The notes beneath the pieces are model-generated. The model searched no databases. It was not told where the DNA came from and was given only the letters and a program-made list of their open reading frames with translations. 43,959 bases of DNA from Catajapyx aquilonaris (taxonomy: Eukaryota). Shown here piece by piece: positions 11,793 through 25,000 of the stretch. Positions within the stretch are counted from its first letter, which is position 1; each line of letters begins with the position of its first letter. The DNA lies in assembly GCA_000934665.2 (NCBI GenBank), contig KZ538858.1, positions 1 to 43,959 of the forward strand, read 5' to 3'. The position numbers and the translations under genes are program-made.

Positions 11793-12609
11793 CTTTTTCT
11801 TCTCATTCCATTGAACGAGCAGTGGCGTGTGCTTAGCACGCAACCAGGCAACAGCCTTCCATTGTCGCTATTGCTGCTATTTGCAACAGTTATTGTTGGA
11901 AATAATATACATTAAGGTGTTGCCAACTGCTGCCGCTTGGGGTTGGACTACAAATGGCTGCTGCTTGTGTTTTCTATTTGTTAATTAATTTTGGGCAGTA
12001 GTAATCATGATAGTAACGTCTAGTAATATCGGTTATAAACATCTAATGAACTTGCTATGTTATTTGCTAATTAGAAATGGCTAAAGAATGGCGATCACGA
12101 TGGCGATCAAGTTATGTAGGACACAAAATGGCGCCCACAAGGACAAAAAATCGCAGCCTATTTTGTTTTCCTAAATGCTTTTAAGCAGAGTTTTGTGGCT
12201 TAAAAATACGAGTCATTATTTCTAAACCGATTGTGCGAATTTATACTTAAACAAATTCTGTTTAAAGCCAAATTTTTACAGCGCAGGCCGGCGCAGGCAG
12301 ACATACGCGACGCATGGCGATAAAAAGCATCGGTGGTACATACCTGCCCGTGACCATACCCTACCTATTTGTTTTTCTAAATCAAGATAAAACCTCATTT
12401 GTACAACCATATGTTATTAAATTAATCGTTTAATAAATAATGAAGATTGAAAACCGGTACAAAATAGGGAATCGAAGTTTCTGGAATGAGAATAATAATT
12501 TGTGCCATCTAGCGGGAAGACAAACTGGGCCAGGTGATCGTGTCGGCCGCGAATGGTTGCAGCTGACTAGGGCCGACGATATCACATTTTCATATTCGTC
12601 GCAAGTACA
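11793..12609. promoter_or_regulatory. Bidirectional promoter region with probable non-coding first exons of FBXO42 (-) and MIGA (+)
   Basis: CpG-rich island between divergent genes. Minus-strand donor AAAG|gtagt at 11792 and plus-strand donor ACA|gtgagt at 12610. YY1/Pho-like AAAATGGCG at 12125-12133 and CTCF-like TGCCATCTAGCGG at 12503-12515. Confidence 0.65.
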
Positions 12610-12947
12610 GTGAGTAGCCGATGCACTCCTGACTTAGCGGAAAAATACCAAGTTATTGGTTGCACGTGTTTGGCTATTTCAAAATAGAAAAGACTGGCAT
12701 TTGCAAGCTGGAGTGGAGAATGTTACTGGCTGCATGTGGTGTAGTTGTTGAGGTGCATTGTACCGGTATGGGTATGCACGTGTCACATGGTGTGTGAGAG
12801 ACCAGGAAGATGTTAGAGAGAAGGGGCTTGAATGAGTGAAAATGAATGGACCTTGTTGGTAGACATGTATGACAGCATGACACCACATTGTGTCTGCTTG
12901 TATGATGGGCAGTAAATTGTGGGATGTTTCTTTTGCAGGAAGTGGCC

Positions 12948-13043
12948 ATGTCTCAGCAAGTTGTACCACAAATATTGCACTTCTCCAGCATCAGGGAGCA
13001 TCTAGTATCCCTGAGAAATGTCAATTTGACACTACCACAGAAG
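12948..13043 (+). CDS. MIGA: MIGA coding exon 1
   Basis: Acceptor ttttgcag (exon from 12939), gccATG at 12948, donor AAG|gtattt. Encodes MSQQVVPQILHFSSIREHLVSLRNVNLTLPQK. Confidence 0.78.
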
Positions 13044-16000
13044 GTATTTTATGTTGTTGAAGGATAGACTAATTGTTACGACTTATCACTTATACGGTTT
13101 GCATCAGTTAGGATTGTTTACTAGATGTTGCAGAGGATTCAACAATTGAGGGAGTTTTCATTTAATTAGACACAGAAGTTTTTAGAACAGGAGACTTAGA
13201 CGGCCTGACTATAAATGTTATGAATATTTGGCCTGTGCAGTTTTTCCAGATTTTCACTTTATCCCTAAGTATTCTAACACACAAAGGGCCAGAGAAATAC
13301 TTGCTTAATTGCAAAATTGGTGTATTTGACTTATGGTATTGTTTACATTACTGACAAGTTCAGAGAGCTTTCGGTCTAATAATGAAAATAAATATAAACG
13401 GAAGAACATATGTTTCAGTCATAATAGTAAGAATAATGACATGTAAATGACCATGGCAGGTGTGCTTGAATACTATGAATGCAGAAATTTCTGTTCAAAA
13501 TACATTTGCACATGGCATGAACTTGTGAACCAATAAGCATCTCTTTGCGCAACTTGATTCTCGATTGTGAAGGAAAATGCAGGGCACATGCGTATGCAGC
13601 TGCCCAACTGTTAAGTTGGGAGCCCTGGTAATGAAATACAAAGTGGGAATATGCAATAAACATGCTGGAGAAATTGTCTGGAGGAGAGTGTTGGTTCACA
13701 GACTTGTGCAACATGCAGTGTAAAATAATGTTAATGATACTTGGTCAATTTTGTAAAACATTTTTAAGAGTTCCGTCAATCAGTATTGAAACACACTTTA
13801 CTGTCACGAGAAGAATTGAAAAATTACCACCCTTTGACAAATAAACTGAAAATTAACAATTAATTTTTGTCTGGAATTAACAGCTAAATTGCGGTGGAGT
13901 GAGAACCAAGTCACAAATTATAAGTTAAACAGAAATGCTATTATTACTGTGTTGATAATGAATATTTGGGATAATGGTTTGGCAACTGAGGGGCTTGAAA
14001 ATGTAATGTGTAAGACTGTAATTTGAGGATGGTTTACTCAGTGACTAACATGAATGAGGATGCACAACAATGATTTTCAGATTACAGTTGTGTCTGTGAC
14101 AGTTGGAGTAACACTGTTGGGAGTTCTGGCTCGATATTTCCGGCGACGTCGGCATGCCATGAAACCGTCAGTGAGCATCCGAAGACTTCCCTCAGCAAGA
14201 AGAAATAGAGGATCCCAAGGTTTGAAGGGACAAAATGGAGGTGAGTTTGTGCAATTCCATGAGATGTTTCAAACTTATTCTAAATAAGTAACAACTATGC
14301 TCGTAACATACTGACATGTGACTATCCGAGTATCTGCCGCAAAGAGCAAAAACATAAGAATTTTACCTATTGTCCAGTGCGTACTTGTAAAATGTAATAA
14401 TAACTTTTTCACTCTTGGATTCCTTGGAATGTGACATCAGGCCACATACTGTCAATTCAGTGTGTGAAAAATGACACTGCTGTGGTAATGTGTCAGGTTA
14501 GAAAATATATTGAAAATTAAGATTATGTAAAAATAAAGAAATTGAAATAATTGGATAGTGGCCATTTCTCAAGTCTTGCATGTGTGAGCATTCCATTATT
14601 TATCAAATGCAATACAATTCTGTGACATGTCGAGGGATTGTAAAGAGTCCCAAGGGTGGCACTTTTGGATAGTTTTCGAGTCATTTTGAATCACCTGGAA
14701 TGCCAGACCTTTTCTCCACCTGTTCTTGCTTAGAGAACAGAGTGTAAGTCTGTACAGACACTGAGATAAGGTGACAGAATTGGTACTTGAACCTTAGACT
14801 TTCTGCTGGGCTGGCCAATGCAGAGACATCATCACAAAACTACCACACCCTCCTAAAAGAGAAGTGCATTGCCATTGAATTAAAATCACTGCCAGGAGTT
14901 TTCACTTCAGTTGCGTTATGTTTTCTGATAAGACATAGGCCTACTGGTACATTTAGGAAGTGAATTCATAACTACAACATGTTGCACGTTTGAAGTATGC
15001 TGATCATGTGGCACTGGAGTTAATGAGGAGATGATAAGCTCAATTGTCTCTCGATATGTAAGATATATTGATGTGCTTATCTGTACGCATTATACACCTG
15101 AGTTTGAAGGTCGGAGGATACATGGCCGATATGTAGATCTGAAAATGGGTATTTTAATATTTGTTACAATCACTCATATTTCAACCTTGCTGTGAGCATG
15201 GAGCCATAATTCCCTGGAAGTTAAATTTTTAAAATATTGAATGACTAATATTGGGTTACCTGGCATATTGCAATGTGCTGGCATAAAGCCCTATTGACAT
15301 CCCCCCCCGACACACACACATGCTTGTTTCCAGCCCCCAGGGTAAACCAGGGGGCAGTACACCATGGGGGAGCTGGGTGACCGGTATCAAGTGGGATCAA
15401 TTTTGTGATAGCCTCATCCCATTTAGAAATATTAAACAATTTCATGTTAACTGTTATTGTCTACAATAATGCCTTATAGAGGGGAGGAAATGAGATGAAG
15501 AGAACCACAGGTTAGAAGTCAAGTATAAATGTGAACTCATGCTTGTTCATAAAAATTAAACCACTCAATAAGGAGAATGAAAGGAAGGCTGCATTTTGTC
15601 AAAAGAAGTGAAGTGGTAGCATTGAGTCCTCATAAATGACTGCTGACTGATGTGAGAGAGTGGGCTCTATTTCTCTCTCTCTCNNNNNNNNNNNNNNCCC
15701 CCCCCCCCCCCATTTATATTGGCATGCTGCAATGTGTGGGGTAATACACATTAGTAACAATAATAAGCATTAAACTGCATTGTTTACTGGAAGGGTCTCC
15801 CAAGTCGGACAGGTGTAGGAGACAGACAGAGAGATGCCACTCTTGTTTTTTCTCATCTTTTCTCTCTCCATATGTCCCACCATTGTATCTTCTCATATCT
15901 AGATAGCCACAGTTGCTTTGGCTTCTTCCTAATGAACCAAACTGTATTACAGTATTAGTACTGTAATACTATAAATTTAAGACATCATCATTCCAGTTTG

Positions 16001-19000
16001 AAACTATACTAGCAGTACCGAGAAGTACAGTAACTACCGGTAGATGGCTCTGCATGTACTACTGAGTTGATGGAGTCAGTGCTATCTGCATGCTCATGGT
16101 GAAAACTGTACGGTCAAGGATGATAGAATAATATGGAGCTACGGATATTTGCAGGATGAAAAATCGCCATATTTCATACATTTATCAGACCAAAATGCGC
16201 AATCACATTACTAATTAGATCATATAATACAGTGCTGTACACACATTGTACAGTACCTACTGCACCTTTAATGGCAAAATTGTGAACTTCTTATTGATGG
16301 AGTTTCGCAATGCACTTTTACTATTTCACAGGTTAATCGGATACATTCGCTGTAATCTATTACATTTCTGCAATATTAATACCTGCGGAAGCCTTAATAA
16401 GCATTTAAGCATGATCTGGCTGCAGTTGAAAACGTGCAAACCACTAACTTAGTTAGGGGAATGTCATATTCAAAGTTTCACGAGCCTGTTACCTACATCC
16501 GGTGAATGCCTAATAGGGCGTCTCAATCACATTACGTAATATTTCCCTAGTGGATTCCAACCCTCACGTCCTTGGTCGAATGATTGTTACAAAAACCAAC
16601 AACTCCGGAAGAGATCCTGTACCCGATTCTAGGCAAACTTTGCCCTGTATACAGTATATCCGATATAGCAACACCATCCGGGAAATTGCGCACCTACGAC
16701 CAGTGTCCTATGCACGTCATACGCAATCGTTGCTGTACAGTATATCTAAGGTCAAGGTCTCCCAGGTCCGTAGGTAAATCGATACAACCCCACCACCTCC
16801 CCGCCCTACTGTTGACGTTTGACTTTGCAGAAGGTCACAGGCCCAATTTTCTTCGGGGCGGATATTATGCGCGTAATCAAAAGCTTCTGTAAGCACAAAG
16901 GGTTGCCAACGTTGTGGTCACTAGCCTTGTCCCCTTATCATTTTTTTTATTGGCGAGTACACTTTGTTGTTAGCCAACTACAGGGGTAGGGTAGCCTTTG
17001 GGTTGGTTGACAGCAGTATGCCATTTGCATTTGAGGGTGGGGGGGGGGGGTGGAGAGGAAGGTTAGGTGCTTTTTAATAGATATTTGTCAATTTGGTTGG
17101 GGATGTTTTTGACATTTTGTATTACGTTTTAGATGCAAATGTCGGGAAAACGGGCTAAAACCGACTTGTGACTTAATTGGCCTGTCAGCGTTTTGCATTT
17201 TCATTTAGGGTGGAATCACGTGCGTGGGGATGCTATATGCGACAGGAGCAGACTTCCCCAGGAGTACCTTTTCCAAAATGGAACAAATTATATCCGGACA
17301 ACTGTGGAAATTCGGTTGGATGCATTCTGATCTAAAGATTCCAGTGATAGTGTTTCTGAAAAGATTTTTTAAAAGGCCTATTGCAATGAAATCTCTCTCT
17401 ATAACGTACCCTTGACTGAGCAGAAACTTGTCAGCATTAAGGGTTAAGGAGCTTTTCGTTTGGTCCCGACGGAGGATTTTAACTGTGCCAGTATTTTTTC
17501 CACATATACTGTACAACGGATGAATGTATTTCTTTTAGCGGATTACATCGTCGAGAAGTTTCATTGTAGCATGTACTGTACGTTTTTAAAAATGTACTTA
17601 GGTATTTTTCCGATTGCACTAGTTCCTCATTATTTAATTTTATGGATCGAAAATCCCCTCGATAGAAAAATTGTTTTCACATAATTTTGCATGCTGCTCT
17701 CTATGCGTTTGGTTTCGTATAATGCGGCGCGGCGTAGTCTGTTGTGTTGATTAGCTATGAAGAAAAGTAGCTGATAAGATAATACCTTGATAGGTTGTAC
17801 AGTACGTGGCCTAAGCTACTTTAATGAAACCCCCAGCCAAACTTATGTAGTGTAATCTGCTTACGCTTGTTGTTCCCGAAGCATTTATGTTGGGGAATCT
17901 GAGCTCTGATAAGCAAACACTGACAGTGAGCGACGTGCTACACCTTCCTGATATCTGCAACAACTCGATATTACGTTATTATGATTAAATGCGACACCTG
18001 TACTCGGGCAAGGCCATATAGGTCAATCTCCAGGTGTATTATATCACATTGTAGATTCACTCTACTCACTACAGTATTACTGTATACAGTGTCGATGGTG
18101 TATATGGCAGGCATACCATCCCGCTTCATGAAACTGACGGAATGTAATTGAATTTAAAGGGATCGAATTTCACGGGTATCTGGTAGTTTCGTATGACGGA
18201 TTTGCTTACCACAACAAAGCATGATGTTGGAGTGTACGAAATAGGAAGCCACTACTGTCGAATGTCTGAATTTAGCAGTGACTACTGGACGCGACATTAT
18301 AAATTCAGGAAGTATAGCTAATTTTTGATATGAATGTTTCAAAAAACTGGCAATATACTTGCGGTACTTTTTAGCCTGAAATGTGATACATTATAACATG
18401 TATTCCATCACGAAAAGCTACAGCTTCCAACATACCTGCATGGCGTGATCCTCTGCTCCTAAGACCCAACTTGAGACTCAGTTCGCAATAAGCAACAGCT
18501 GACATGTTGCGGGTATGTTTACAAAAAGCACCTCATAATTTATTTGACGCTTATAAGGAAAAACAGAGTCGGTTTGAACCATTTGGTCATTCCTTTGGCA
18601 AATCCGTGGTTTTTTTCTTATCATGCGCATTTTTCCTCTGGTGGAAAAGAAACCCGTCAGTAAATATTTGTCCCAGGCGCGTTTTCCGTTTGTCTATTGA
18701 TCCTTGGACAACTCTGCTCCTTGGTAGGTTGGGATCAGGCCGAAAATGGTTTGGAGGCAGGGATTTGAGGTTTCAGTTGAGGACTGTGTTGTATTTTGGC
18801 CCCGGAGATCATGAGGCCGCATTTATTATCCGCATTTCTGCAGGATAATCCAGGTGTAGCCGGCATGCAGCACCCCGTGCTATTATACCTGCAGGGGATT
18901 GGATGTATACCAAGTATACATATACACTCCAGGCAGATTACACTCGAGCTGCTTCCAAGGTGAAGGAACTGTGGAAAATATTTGAATCAGCTGGCTTGGA

Positions 19001-22000
19001 AGCGAATAGAGAGTGACGTTTGGAAGATCTGGCGTGAAATTACCCGGAACTGTTATGCAACATCCGGTGGGTCTGACGGCTCTTAAAATGGTATCTATTT
19101 AAATGACGTGAAGTGACTTCTGAATGGTTCAGGCTTGGGGATGATTGGGATTGGCCTTTTAGGGGTATAGTAGCTTGGGGCGCAGTTTGAATCGAAGACA
19201 CTTGGGCGTGACTGTCACACCCGAAATGTGAGATTGCAATTGCACATTATTTACGAATGTCATGTTGTGATGTGCTGATATGTAGTGGATGCTTGATATA
19301 TGAGTTGCGATAAAAATATTTACAAATCAAATTAAGATTTCTAAGCATAATCTTCCATTTGAACATCACTAATTAGGGAACCCTTTTTGAGTAATCTTTT
19401 TCTGAAATTTTGTACATGAAAAGCATCACTTTTTTTTAGCCATGTTACTGGATTTCGAAAATAAAGCGTTTGCCCTGTTTGCCCCGAAGCTTACCCCAGT
19501 TTGAAGCATTTTTCGCGCAGTGCGAGGTTGCACACGGTTCATGTTTCTATATGTATATACACCCAGGTTTCTGCCTGCATTTCGTAGTCGTGTCGCAGCA
19601 CAAATAACAGGGAATGGCAATCTGGTTTTAAATCGGCCCACGTCAGATTTGCACTGTTCCCACGAGTGTTTTACGTTTTCATTTCTACGGAATTCCACTT
19701 GCACCTCTAAACCCTTCTAACCCCCACCCCCCAACCCAGGGAGAAAAAATGGCCTCTAGCCGATCACGATGGAGACTGGTAGATTTTTTTCCCTCTTCCG
19801 TGAATTATTACAGGTAATATTAGCATAGATGTTAGGCGGGAGAATGTAAGAGACGGGGAGCACGGACTTGGCTATGGGTTTAATTTTATCGACTTAGAAG
19901 ATGGAGGGGGCTAAATGGATGACACCTGAGGGGGTCCGGATAAGGAAGAAAAAGGCGAATTTTTTGGAGGAGTTCCTATAGGTGGAATCAGGAAGCGTTT
20001 TAAAGTCGGTTTTTGGCCCAACCTGGAGCCTAATCTCTCGCTCTTAGTTTTGTCTGGGGCATTAAGAAATGAGCGGTTTTACAGAGTGTAATGCCGGAGC
20101 TGAAAACAGAATCGGAGAAGTTTGAGGTCTTGTGGAGTGTTTTCCTGGAGCCCTTGGCGAACAAAGAGCGGAAAATTTTGCAAGGTGCAGGTCCAAGGGG
20201 ATTTTGCGTATGCTCTGAGCTGTTTACACGTTGGGCATATACCGTTGTCAGTGTGGCGGTTTTAAGAATGTGCAGGGAGGATACACGACTGTCAGAAATG
20301 ACGTAAGAGAATGTCGGTGGTGTAACACGAATGCGTTGTTCAGAAATAAAATGATCTACCTGTATTTTGAGACTTAATTTGTGAAGCTTTTGATCAGAAA
20401 AATTGTTGCAACTGGAATTGCAGCTGTTAACCTGCGTTTACATGTGAGCAATTTGACGAGCGAAATCTTCGCCCAGGCTGAAATGAACAATCCATTTTCG
20501 CCTCAAACAATATTGGTTACTTGGGTTACTCAGCCTCGACGAAGACTTCGCTCGTCGAATCACTCACATGTAAACGCACTTTTAGATGTTTAGGTTATTT
20601 GGACAGCTGTACCTTGATTGGATAAAAATTGCTGACACCCATATGGGTTATACCGTACAGCACACTTTTTAAGGATATATTGTAGGTCTTTTGTTTGCCT
20701 TACCAAAATCTTTTTCATTGCTATGCTCCTATACATATTGCTTGTGGCAGTAGAGAGAAGGGCAGGCAAAACAGTAACCTGTAAATGGAATATTTTATTT
20801 AAAAATAAGCAACTTCACCCTCATAAGCTAAACTCGGTGGTCTTTCAGACTACAATGCAGATACATGTTCTTGCATAGTATACGTATGTTTGTAGCATGT
20901 GAAGCAAGTTTGTAACTGGAGTGCCTTTAGAGAATAGAACCTTGTTACTCTACCCACATTGATCTTTATTCACATAAGCAGGCTATGTTACAGTATTTGG
21001 GAAAAATACACAACAAGAGAATAGTACGGTAATACCCTTTCCACCCTGGTTTACTATTGCTAGAGCAAAGTAGTTGAATGCCCTTGCAATATTTTAGGGG
21101 CGGTAGCCCCTAAGTAAGACCGAATATGCAATTTCAACAATTAATTTCTTCAACTTCTTGTTGTTACGGTTTTTTTTCATTTGCCCTAACTCAGATTCTA
21201 CTGCAGGTAGAGCTTCCAAATTTTGAACACAGATCCCCACTGTCATGAAGTGATTTCCTACCATTTACATATATACCAAATTCCTCTCCCAAAACACAGC
21301 AAAAATTAAAACCCATTCGAAATTTGGACTTTATTTTTTTGCTCAATAACTATTCGGAATTCGGTTTCTTCATGAAAGGGCAGGATGGTGCAGATCTATG
21401 TTCAAAACCTCACAGTTCCACCTGCTACAGGATTGGAGTTGTGATTTTTTTAACCCCCTATTTTTTTCCGTCATTACTAGTCATTTGTCTATGATACCTT
21501 AGCAAAGACAATTCCTGATAACCAATTCGCCAAACTTTTATTACTGTATATTGTCCAAATGTTACGCAGTATTGTACTTATACAAAGTACTATACGTATT
21601 GTATGGTACTTATATTACAGTTGAATCCAGAGACAACAGCCTCGGCTGACAGACTTTCGGTTATAAAGACCGGTCGTGGCATGCTTCCATAAGGCCCCGT
21701 GTATTTGTACTCCTGATAAAGCAGACTCATTTTCACCTCACCTCGGGTCTAACAACAGGCCATTTCTTGGCCTCTCGGTGGGAAAATATGCAGTAGTTTT
21801 TCAGGTATAAAATTTGCAAAAAAGAGACAGCAGAAGAAAATTTCTGATGTTTTGGTCCTGTATAATTTTCGGGTGAGCTAATATTGCATTTTTGATGAAT
21901 TTCATTAATTGTTATATAGTAGTGGGCATTATAAGCATAATTATGTAAAGCAGAAATCTCTGTTTTCGTTGCAAAAGTGACGATATGGTTACAACAGACC

Positions 22001-25000
22001 TCGGTAATAACAGCCTTTTTTCCGCGATCTACGGCAGTCTGTTATATCCGGATTCAACTGTAGTCTACTATTAACCCCTTCGCTATCTGCTATATCGCAT
22101 CGCCTAGATTTTTGCTTACACTTACTATCAAGATAAGGACAAGATATTTTTACAAAATAATAATATAACAGCTATACTTAACGCATTCATACTCTGTATG
22201 TGACGGAAACAATTTCCTACTCTAGAAGATCCTATATAAATTTTCAATAAGATCGCTGTAAAAACTCGAAATTTGGGTATTACCACCATCTGCTTAGCTG
22301 ATTTAATTATGAAATATGTTACAGCATGCCGAATATCTACCTTGAGAACCATGTCAAACAAATTTGCTGAAATCCTCGTATTTCGCGAGATTTAAATAGG
22401 TTTGGGAGTTTTCAGATGTGACGGAGGCAAGCCGCAGATAAGTATAAATTTAATTCTCGCAAAGTACCACAATTTCAGCAAATTTGTCTGGCACGGTTCT
22501 CAAGGTTGATATTAAGTATATTTTAACATAGTCTATATTTCATAATTAAATCAGACTAACAGTTGGCCAGTAGCACTCGAATTTCGTTATTTTTTACGTT
22601 GATCTTTATGAAAATCATTTTAGGAAGGAAAATCGTCTCTGACACATTCATAGTACTGTAGGTCTTAGAGCATGAATGTGTAAATATGATATGTATAGCA
22701 CTATAGCTGTTATTATTTGTAAAATCTTTTGTCCTCATCTTCAGAATACGTGTATGAGAAAATCTAGGCGATGGCGGTATAGCTGGTAGCGAAGGGGTTT
22801 TTTAAAAAAGAACTGAAATAAGAGCATAAACATTCCCTTGAGTGAAAAAAACGGTAGTAAGACCTCCTTGGCGGAATGAAAGTACTGAAACAAGGCAGGC
22901 GCACGTAAGACCTTCACCACCCCTTTTTCACTGAAGCCGGAAAAGTTTTTGCTCTTATACAGTATAGAGTATAGACTGTACTATATAAGGTCAGTAATTA
23001 TGTATAGAGTGTGTATACTTCATAAATTACATATCTTTCATGCAACAGGAATAGCTTTCGTTAGTTGCTTATTGATGTTGCAACTATGAAGCGCAGCAGC
23101 TATCAAATGAGAGTAGATACTAATTGCAGATACCGGTAATTGATCCAGATACATTCTTTGCCCGATTTCACATGTACGGTGCAACTGTAATTAAGACGAG
23201 CGACAACTTCAAGATGCTTGGAATGGCATCCACTCCCCGTCGCTTGTCGCAGCAACGTACGACGAAAGTTTAGTAAGTAACGGACTTTAGGGACACCTTT
23301 TCCACTCGACAAGACCTCTGCAACTTTGCTCCAGGAGACGCCATCTCAAGGAAGCCGGGCTTCGAGAATGGACATGGCGAACATGTCAAATGTGTCCTGA
23401 AAGAGGGTGATCATTTGTGACCACGTGTACCAAGTTGCAGGTATATGAGGCCAACATCGATTTGAAAGAGCGTGTGCATTTTGGGCAGCATTGTAAACCT
23501 TCAGAATAGCCCTGGAGCTTGGCTTCGATCGACTTGCTGGTGAAATAATTTGATGGTTTTTTAATGGTATTTTGGCCAGGTCTTTACGAGGAACTGATGC
23601 ATGCCATCTCTTTGTGCGTATTTTTCCTAGCTCAGCTTGATTACGCATACATTGCTAAGGGGTAATGATTTTGCCAATGGATGAGCGCAAGAGTTGGATT
23701 AAATCTGGAGGCCTACTGGCGCCCGGGAATGAAAGGGCCCATGGATGGGTGAGTGGTGGGCGGACTGGGGAAGGATCATCTTTTCCACTGCATGGTGGCT
23801 TTGTAGCGTTACAGCACACCTATTAATATCCAAATTGTGTGCTGCAGGCATCGTTGCGTTCGTTGTCCGTAACGCAACCGTGAATATTTAGTGATGAGAT
23901 GAAGACTTCACATCCCTCTCTCTGAGTACGTGGGGTGTGGTAGTCTCCTGGTTTTGGTCTTTACAAATGTAATTCCCGAAACGTATCCCTTTGTAATTAT
24001 AATTAAAAGCATAAGCATAATAAAAATGAAATAATAACGGTAATAAAGAAAAGAAGAAACAGCATCAGCAGCAGGAGCAGCAGCAGCAGAAGAAGAAGAA
24101 GAAGAAGAAGAAGAAGAAGAAGAAGAAGAAGAAGAAGAAGATGATGATGATGAGAATCTGCTTCGTCACGTATGTTGGCATTGCTGATACCTCTTCCCGA
24201 ATTAAAGAGAAGAAGCTATGGACTAGCTGTTTATCCCAGCATGTAGTTTCAAGAGAACAACAATACTGTCTTATGAATGTGGTCCTCATTGGTACTTCTA
24301 ACAGTGCTGGTTGCTGGGTTGATCAATCCATAACCTATCATGAATTCCAGTGCACTATCTTGTTAACCCTTGACCATGACCGCAGCCAGTGGCAGTGCAG
24401 TGTTGAATGGGACCTATCAACACGAGAGAAATATGTACAGCTGCCTAAAATCCGGATTGGAACTGGAAGCATCGCCTGTGGGAACCGGACCAGGGGATAA
24501 TATTTCCCCTAAAAATGGGAAAGACCAGAGGCGTGGCATAATGCAGCAGCGGCATCAGGGCAGCTCCTATGTGATTCCGTAATAAACAGGTCCACACATT
24601 TGTGTTAGTTGTGTGCAAGTGGCAGGGCGGACACATTAAGCGCATCCGCGACTGTTTGGTAATTAGTTGAGCAACTCGCGGGCAGGCTGCTGGGGTAATA
24701 ATTTACCATCACGTGAGGCATATGGGGGCATATAGGGGTGATAGGGGGGGTCGACATGTCATGTCGACGCGACAGTGTCTATATATGGCCTGTGCACGCC
24801 GAATACCTTTTGTCAAGACGTGAATGTGTTTCGGTGTTTTTTCCCTCTCACCCCGTGTGACGGGCGTAACGAAACGTAATGTCGTTTGTGTGTGTAGCCT
24901 GTGTTGTGAGGGAAAGGGGGGGGGGGGGGGGGGNGGGGGGGGAGGCGACGACTTTTTGATGAGCTCTAAAATATTTTGCCCATTAGCGTTTTTTCCCCTT

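Noticed and set aside
18420..19230. GC-richer block with 114-aa ORF, and a similar block at 23180-23800
   Set aside because: No motif recognised and many stops; probably decayed repeats, but no call can be supported.
24065..24500. Poly-Phe/Cys ORF here and poly-Leu ORF at 42218-42403
   Set aside because: Artefacts of trinucleotide microsatellites.
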